From positions 96,001 to 160,000 of the forward strand of contig CAWGSK010000002.1 of the NCBI GenBank assembly GCA_963825055.1: a DNA stretch of 64,000 nt. The letters are read 5' to 3'. This document shows, piece after piece, positions 59,838-64,000 of this stretch (positions are counted from its first letter, which is position 1; each line of letters starts with the position of its first letter). The DNA comes from an uncultured Gemmatimonadales bacterium (GTDB lineage: Bacteria; Gemmatimonadota; Gemmatimonadetes; Gemmatimonadales; GWC2-71-9). Below the pieces are notes generated by a model, which worked only from the letters and a program-made list of their open reading frames with translations, did not search any database and was not told the DNA's origin. Made by a program: the position numbers and the translations under genes.

Positions 59838-60428
59838 ATGTCCGACCCTTTCATCCATGAGTCCGCCTACGTCGACGAGGGTGCCATCATCGGCGCCGGG
59901 TCGAAGGTCTGGCATTTCAGCCACGTCATGCCCGGCGCGGTGATCGGCGAGCGCTGCAACCTGGGCCAGAACGTCGTGGTCATGCCCGGCACCCGCATGG
60001 GCAATAACGTGAAGGTCCAGAACAACGTCTCGATCTACGAGGGCGTCGTGCTCGAGGACGACGTGTTCTGCGGCCCGAGCTGCGTGTTCACCAACGTCGT
60101 GAACCCGCGCAGCCATGTGTCCCGCAAGTCCGAATACCGGAAGACCCTGGTGCGGCAGGGCACCTCGATCGGCGCCAACGCCACCATCGTCTGCGGGGTG
60201 ACCCTGGGCGAGTATGCCTTCATCGGGGCGGGGGCGGTGGTGACCAGCGACGTCCCGGCCTATGCGCTCATGGTGGGCGTGCCCGCCCGGCGGGTGGGCT
60301 GGATGTGCCAGTGCGGGCTCCGGCTGGACGTCCGGGCAGGGCGGGCCGTGTGCGGGACCTGCGGGGCCGCCTACGAGGAGAAGGGCGGGGCACTCCGCCG
60401 CGTTGATTCTCCCTCGGCGGACGGGTAA
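59838..60428 (+). CDS. Hexapeptide N-acetyltransferase (WbpD-like)
   Basis: [35 protein letters not shown]. Confidence 0.88.
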   Translation: MSDPFIHESAYVDEGAIIGAGSKVWHFSHVMPGAVIGERCNLGQNVVVMPGTRMGNNVKVQNNVSIYEGVVLEDDVFCGPSCVFTNVVNPRSHVSRKSEYRKTLVRQGTSIGANATIVCGVTLGEYAFIGAGAVVTSDVPAYALMVGVPARRVGWMCQCGLRLDVRAGRAVCGTCGAAYEEKGGALRRVDSPSADG

Positions 60429-60507
60429 GTTTTCGGGCTGTATTCGAACCCGAACTACCCGGCGGACCGCCCCTGGGGCGGGCCCGGTCTCCCATACGAG
60501 GTTGCCC

Positions 60508-61623
60508 GTGAACGTACCCCTGCTCGACCTGGTCGCCCAGTATCAGTCCATCAAGGATGCCGTCCTGCCAGCCCTCATGGCGGTGGTGGAGCGGCAGGGC
60601 TTCATCATGGGCCCGGAGGTCGCCCGGCTTGAGGAGGAGGTGGCCCGGCTCTCCCACACCCGGCACGGGATCGGCTGCGCCAGCGGCACGGATGCCATCC
60701 TCCTGGCACTCAAGGCCCTGGACTTCGTTCCCGGGGACGAGGTCATCTCGCCCAGCTTCACCTTCTTTGCCACGGCAGGCGCCATCCACAACGCGGGCGG
60801 AACCCCGGTCTTTGTGGACATCGATCCCGACTCGTACAATGTGTCGCCCCGGGCCATCGAGGCGGCCATCACCGACCGTACCCGTGCCATCGTCGTGGTG
60901 CACCTGTTCGGGCAGATGGCCGCGATGGAACAGGTCATGGAGATCGCCGACCGGCACGGCCTCGCGGTGGTGGAGGATGCCGCCCAGGCCATCGGGGCCC
61001 GCCGCCAGATCGACGGCCACTGGCGGATGGCCGGCGAACTCGGCATGGCAGGTACGCTCTCCTTCTTTCCGAGCAAGAACCTGGGCGGCTGGGGCGACGG
61101 CGGGATGATCCTCACCCAGGATGACCTCCTGGCCGGGCGCCTCCGGCGCCTGCGCCTGCACGGCGGGGCGAAGGAATACCATCACGACGAAGTCGGCCTG
61201 AACAGCCGGCTGGACACCATTCAGGCGGCCGTTCTCCTCGCCAAGCTTCCCCATCTGGACGGCTGGAGCGCCGCGCGCCGGGAGCGTGCCGCCCGCTACA
61301 CCGCCGCCTTCTCCGGGCAGGCCGGCATTACGCCGCCGCACGTGGATCCGGCCAATGAGCACATCTTCCACCAGTACACCATCCAGGTGGCCGATCGCGA
61401 CGGACTCGGCCGGCGCCTGAAGGAGAAGGGTATCGGGAGCAAGGTGTACTACCCCCTCCCGCTGCACCTCCAGCCCTGCTTTGCGGGGCTCGGCTACGGC
61501 CCGGGATCGCTGCCGGAAACCGAGGCGGCCATGGACCGCGTCATCTCGCTCCCCATCTTCCCCGAGCTGACCGACGCCCAGCAGGACCAGGTAATCGAGA
61601 CGGTCGTGGAGTTCTGCGGATGA
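60508..61623 (+). CDS. DegT/DnrJ/EryC1/StrS aminotransferase (WbpE-like)
   Basis: SGTDA, EDAAQAIG, SFFPSKNLG, NSRLD, SLPIFP. Confidence 0.9.
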   Translation: MNVPLLDLVAQYQSIKDAVLPALMAVVERQGFIMGPEVARLEEEVARLSHTRHGIGCASGTDAILLALKALDFVPGDEVISPSFTFFATAGAIHNAGGTPVFVDIDPDSYNVSPRAIEAAITDRTRAIVVVHLFGQMAAMEQVMEIADRHGLAVVEDAAQAIGARRQIDGHWRMAGELGMAGTLSFFPSKNLGGWGDGGMILTQDDLLAGRLRRLRLHGGAKEYHHDEVGLNSRLDTIQAAVLLAKLPHLDGWSAARRERAARYTAAFSGQAGITPPHVDPANEHIFHQYTIQVADRDGLGRRLKEKGIGSKVYYPLPLHLQPCFAGLGYGPGSLPETEAAMDRVISLPIFPELTDAQQDQVIETVVEFCG

Positions 61624-62636
61624 ACCGTCTTCGCATCGGGGTGGTCGGCGCCGGGTCATGGGGCCGGAACCACCTCCGCACGATTGCCGGGTCGGCCGAG
61701 ACTGAACTGACGGCCGTCTGCGACGCGAATGCCACCGTCCGCGACAAGCTGGCCCGCCAGTATCCGGGCACGCATTTCACCGCCGACCTGGACGACCTCC
61801 TTGGGCGGGTGGATGCGGTCATCGTGGCCACCCCGGCGCGCTCCCACGCCGAACTGGGTATGCGTGCAGTGGATGCGGGGGTGCCGGTGCTGGTGGAGAA
61901 GCCGTTCGCGCTGACCGTTCCTGACGCCGAGAAGCTGGTCCGGCTCTCGGCCGACCGCGGCGTGCCGGTGCTGGTCGGCCACCTGCTGGAGTACCACCCG
62001 GTCGTGGAGCGCCTCCGGGCCATGATCGCGATCGGGGACCTGGGAGAGGTCTACTATCTCTATTCCCAGCGGGTGAACCTGGGGCAGGTCCGCCCGGATG
62101 AAAACGCCCTGTGGAGCTTCGGTCCGCACGACATCTCAGTGGCCCTCTTCTTGCTTGGTGAGGCTCCCGCGTCGGTGGCTGCGCAGGGGCATTCGTATCT
62201 CCAGAAGGGCATTGAAGATATCGTATTCCTCCACATGAACTTCCGCTCGGGAATCATGGCCCACGTGCAACTGTCGTGGCTCGACCCCCACAAGGAGCGG
62301 CGGCTGACTGTGGTGGGCTCGAAGCAGATGGCGGTGTTTGACGACATGGCCGGGCGCGAGAAGCTCCGGATCTACGACAAGGGCGTCGACCGCCCGCCCG
62401 AATACGGATCCTATGGCGAGAGCCTGGCGATCCGGGAAGGCGACATTTCGATCCCGCGGCTGTCCAATGTGGAGCCGCTGGCGGCGCAGTTACGCCATTT
62501 CACGCAGGTGGTCCGGGGGGAAACTGCTCCCCGGGCCGACGCCGCGGACGGCCTCCGCACCGTGCGGGTCCTCGAGGCGGCGAGCCGATCGCTCGCCGCG
62601 GGCGGGTCGCCGGTCTCTGTTGAGGGGATAACATGA
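61620..62636 (+). CDS. Gfo/Idh/MocA oxidoreductase (WbpB-like)
   Basis: GAGSWG, ATPARSH, VEKP, HDIS, SWLDPHKER. Confidence 0.88.
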   Translation: MNRLRIGVVGAGSWGRNHLRTIAGSAETELTAVCDANATVRDKLARQYPGTHFTADLDDLLGRVDAVIVATPARSHAELGMRAVDAGVPVLVEKPFALTVPDAEKLVRLSADRGVPVLVGHLLEYHPVVERLRAMIAIGDLGEVYYLYSQRVNLGQVRPDENALWSFGPHDISVALFLLGEAPASVAAQGHSYLQKGIEDIVFLHMNFRSGIMAHVQLSWLDPHKERRLTVVGSKQMAVFDDMAGREKLRIYDKGVDRPPEYGSYGESLAIREGDISIPRLSNVEPLAAQLRHFTQVVRGETAPRADAADGLRTVRVLEAASRSLAAGGSPVSVEGIT

Positions 62637-63919
62637 CGAACGCGCAGGAACTGATTGCGAAGGCGGAACGCCGCGAGGTGCTGTTCGGGGTCATCGGGCT
62701 GGGCTACGTGGGCCTCCCGCTGGCCGTAGAACTGGCGGGCGCGGGGTATCGCGTGCTGGGATACGACGTCAATCCTGATGTGGTGGAGGGCCTGAACGGC
62801 GGCCACTCCCATGTCAAGGACATCACCGACGCGCAACTCCAGGCGGTCCTGAAGAAAGGTCTCTTCCGGGCGACGGCCGATGCCGGTGAACTGGGCGAAC
62901 CCGACGCGATCTCCATCTGCGTTCCAACGCCGCTGTCCAAGTTCAAGGATCCGGACGTCAGCTACATCGTCGCCGCGACCAACGCCGTGAAGCAGACGCT
63001 CCGCAAGGGACAGGCGATCATCCTCGAAAGCACGACCTACCCGGGAACGACCCGGGAGATCATGCTGCCGGCCCTCGAGGAGAACGGGCTCAAGGTGGGA
63101 GAGGATTTCTTCCTCGCCTTCAGCCCCGAACGGGTGGATCCGGGCAATCCCACGTACGGTACCCGGAATACGCCGAAGGTCGTGGGCGGGATTACCGAGG
63201 CGTGCCGGAAGGTGGCGGTCGCGCTGTACCAGCCGGCCATCGAGACGCTGGTCGAGGTCAGCACCACCGAGGCCGCCGAGCTGGTGAAGCTGCTCGAGAA
63301 CACCTTCCGCAGCGTGAACATCGGCCTGGTGAACGAGATGGCGATCGTCTGCGACAAGCTGGGCGTGGACGTCTGGGAGGTGATCGAGGCGGCGGCGACC
63401 AAGCCGTTCGGCTTCATGAAGTTCCTCCCGGGCCCCGGCCTGGGCGGTCACTGCATCCCGATCGACCCGCACTACCTCGCCTGGAAGATGCGTGGGCTCA
63501 ATTACAAGACACGGTTCATCGACCTGGCTGGCGAACTCAATACCGAGATGCCGAACTTCTGGGTGCGGAAAGTGGGGGACGCACTCAACGATCATGGCAA
63601 GGCGGTACGAGGCGCCTCCGTCTTCGTGCTCGGCGTCGCCTACAAGCGCGACATCGAGGATCTCCGCGAGAGTCCTGCCCTGGACATTATCCGCCTCCTT
63701 GAGCAGCAGGGCGCCAAGGTGACGTACCACGATCCGCATGTGGCGCGCTTCCGGGAGGACGGACATGAGGTGCACTCCGTCGCGCTCACGCCCGAGACGC
63801 TCAAGGCGGCGGACTGCGTCATGATCGTCACGGACCATCAGGCGATTGACTGGGGGATGGTCAAGGCGCATGCGCGTGCCGTCGTGGATACGCGCCACGT
63901 GCTCGCCGGTCTCGCCTGA
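62633..63919 (+). CDS. Nucleotide-sugar dehydrogenase (UDP-GlcNAc 6-dehydrogenase, WbpA-like)
   Basis: GLGYVGLP, CVPTP, ESTTYPG, SPERVDPG, GGHCIPIDP. Confidence 0.92.
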   Translation: MTNAQELIAKAERREVLFGVIGLGYVGLPLAVELAGAGYRVLGYDVNPDVVEGLNGGHSHVKDITDAQLQAVLKKGLFRATADAGELGEPDAISICVPTPLSKFKDPDVSYIVAATNAVKQTLRKGQAIILESTTYPGTTREIMLPALEENGLKVGEDFFLAFSPERVDPGNPTYGTRNTPKVVGGITEACRKVAVALYQPAIETLVEVSTTEAAELVKLLENTFRSVNIGLVNEMAIVCDKLGVDVWEVIEAAATKPFGFMKFLPGPGLGGHCIPIDPHYLAWKMRGLNYKTRFIDLAGELNTEMPNFWVRKVGDALNDHGKAVRGASVFVLGVAYKRDIEDLRESPALDIIRLLEQQGAKVTYHDPHVARFREDGHEVHSVALTPETLKAADCVMIVTDHQAIDWGMVKAHARAVVDTRHVLAGLA

Positions 63920-63921
63920 TC

Positions 63922-64000
63922 ATGCGGGTGGCCATCGTCGGGAGCGGGTACGTCGGCCTGGTGGCCGGTGCCTGCCTGGCCGAGACCGGTAACAACGTCA
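63922..64000 (+). CDS. UDP-glucose/GDP-mannose dehydrogenase family, 5' fragment
   Basis: MRVAIVGSGYVGLVAGACLAETGNNV, runs off the window. Confidence 0.8.
   Translation, partial: MRVAIVGSGYVGLVAGACLAETGNNV

Overview
High-GC, gene-dense bacterial chromosome segment of mostly core genes. Gene content and order suggest Gemmatimonadota, but this is inference only. In order it holds: the 3' part of an M6-family metalloprotease followed by a small lipoprotein; tRNA-Ala(TGC); sodA and a peroxiredoxin; several two-component genes; a tonB-exbB-exbD x3-tonB-like operon; an APC permease; a peptidoglycan-salvage cluster (NamZ/DUF1343, GH3 NagZ, serine hydrolase, SSS symporter, BadF-type sugar kinase) split by erpA; a CDP-alcohol phosphatidyltransferase plus ino1; 2-oxoacid dehydrogenase E1a/E1b/E2; a PHP hydrolase, SDRs, trxB, a hybrid kinase, an MBL hydrolase, a GT4 and a flippase-like gene; aspA-like, moeB, tRNA-Leu(CAG), smpB, an amidase, a TPR protein, pyrD, pyrF; the rpmJ-rpsM-rpsK-rpsD-rpoA-rplQ operon; rpmB; gmd, rmd-like, carB, murB and a wbpDEBA-like nucleotide-sugar cluster. 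No integrase, transposase or CRISPR array was seen. The most interesting signals are: (1) a dockerin-like tail on the M6 protease with a cohesin-like lipoprotein directly downstream, a possible protease-anchoring system; (2) a family of intergenic elements made of inverted short tandem repeats; (3) a sigma28-promoted hybrid kinase whose membrane domain resembles VUT/YhhQ transporters; (4) 11-bp-phased direct repeats upstream of tonB; (5) probable CTG starts, leaderless genes, a nested antisense gene and a head-to-head gene overlap. Two +1 frameshifts (ino1 and the TPR gene) are most likely sequencing errors. All family calls come from motif recognition by eye; no searches were run.
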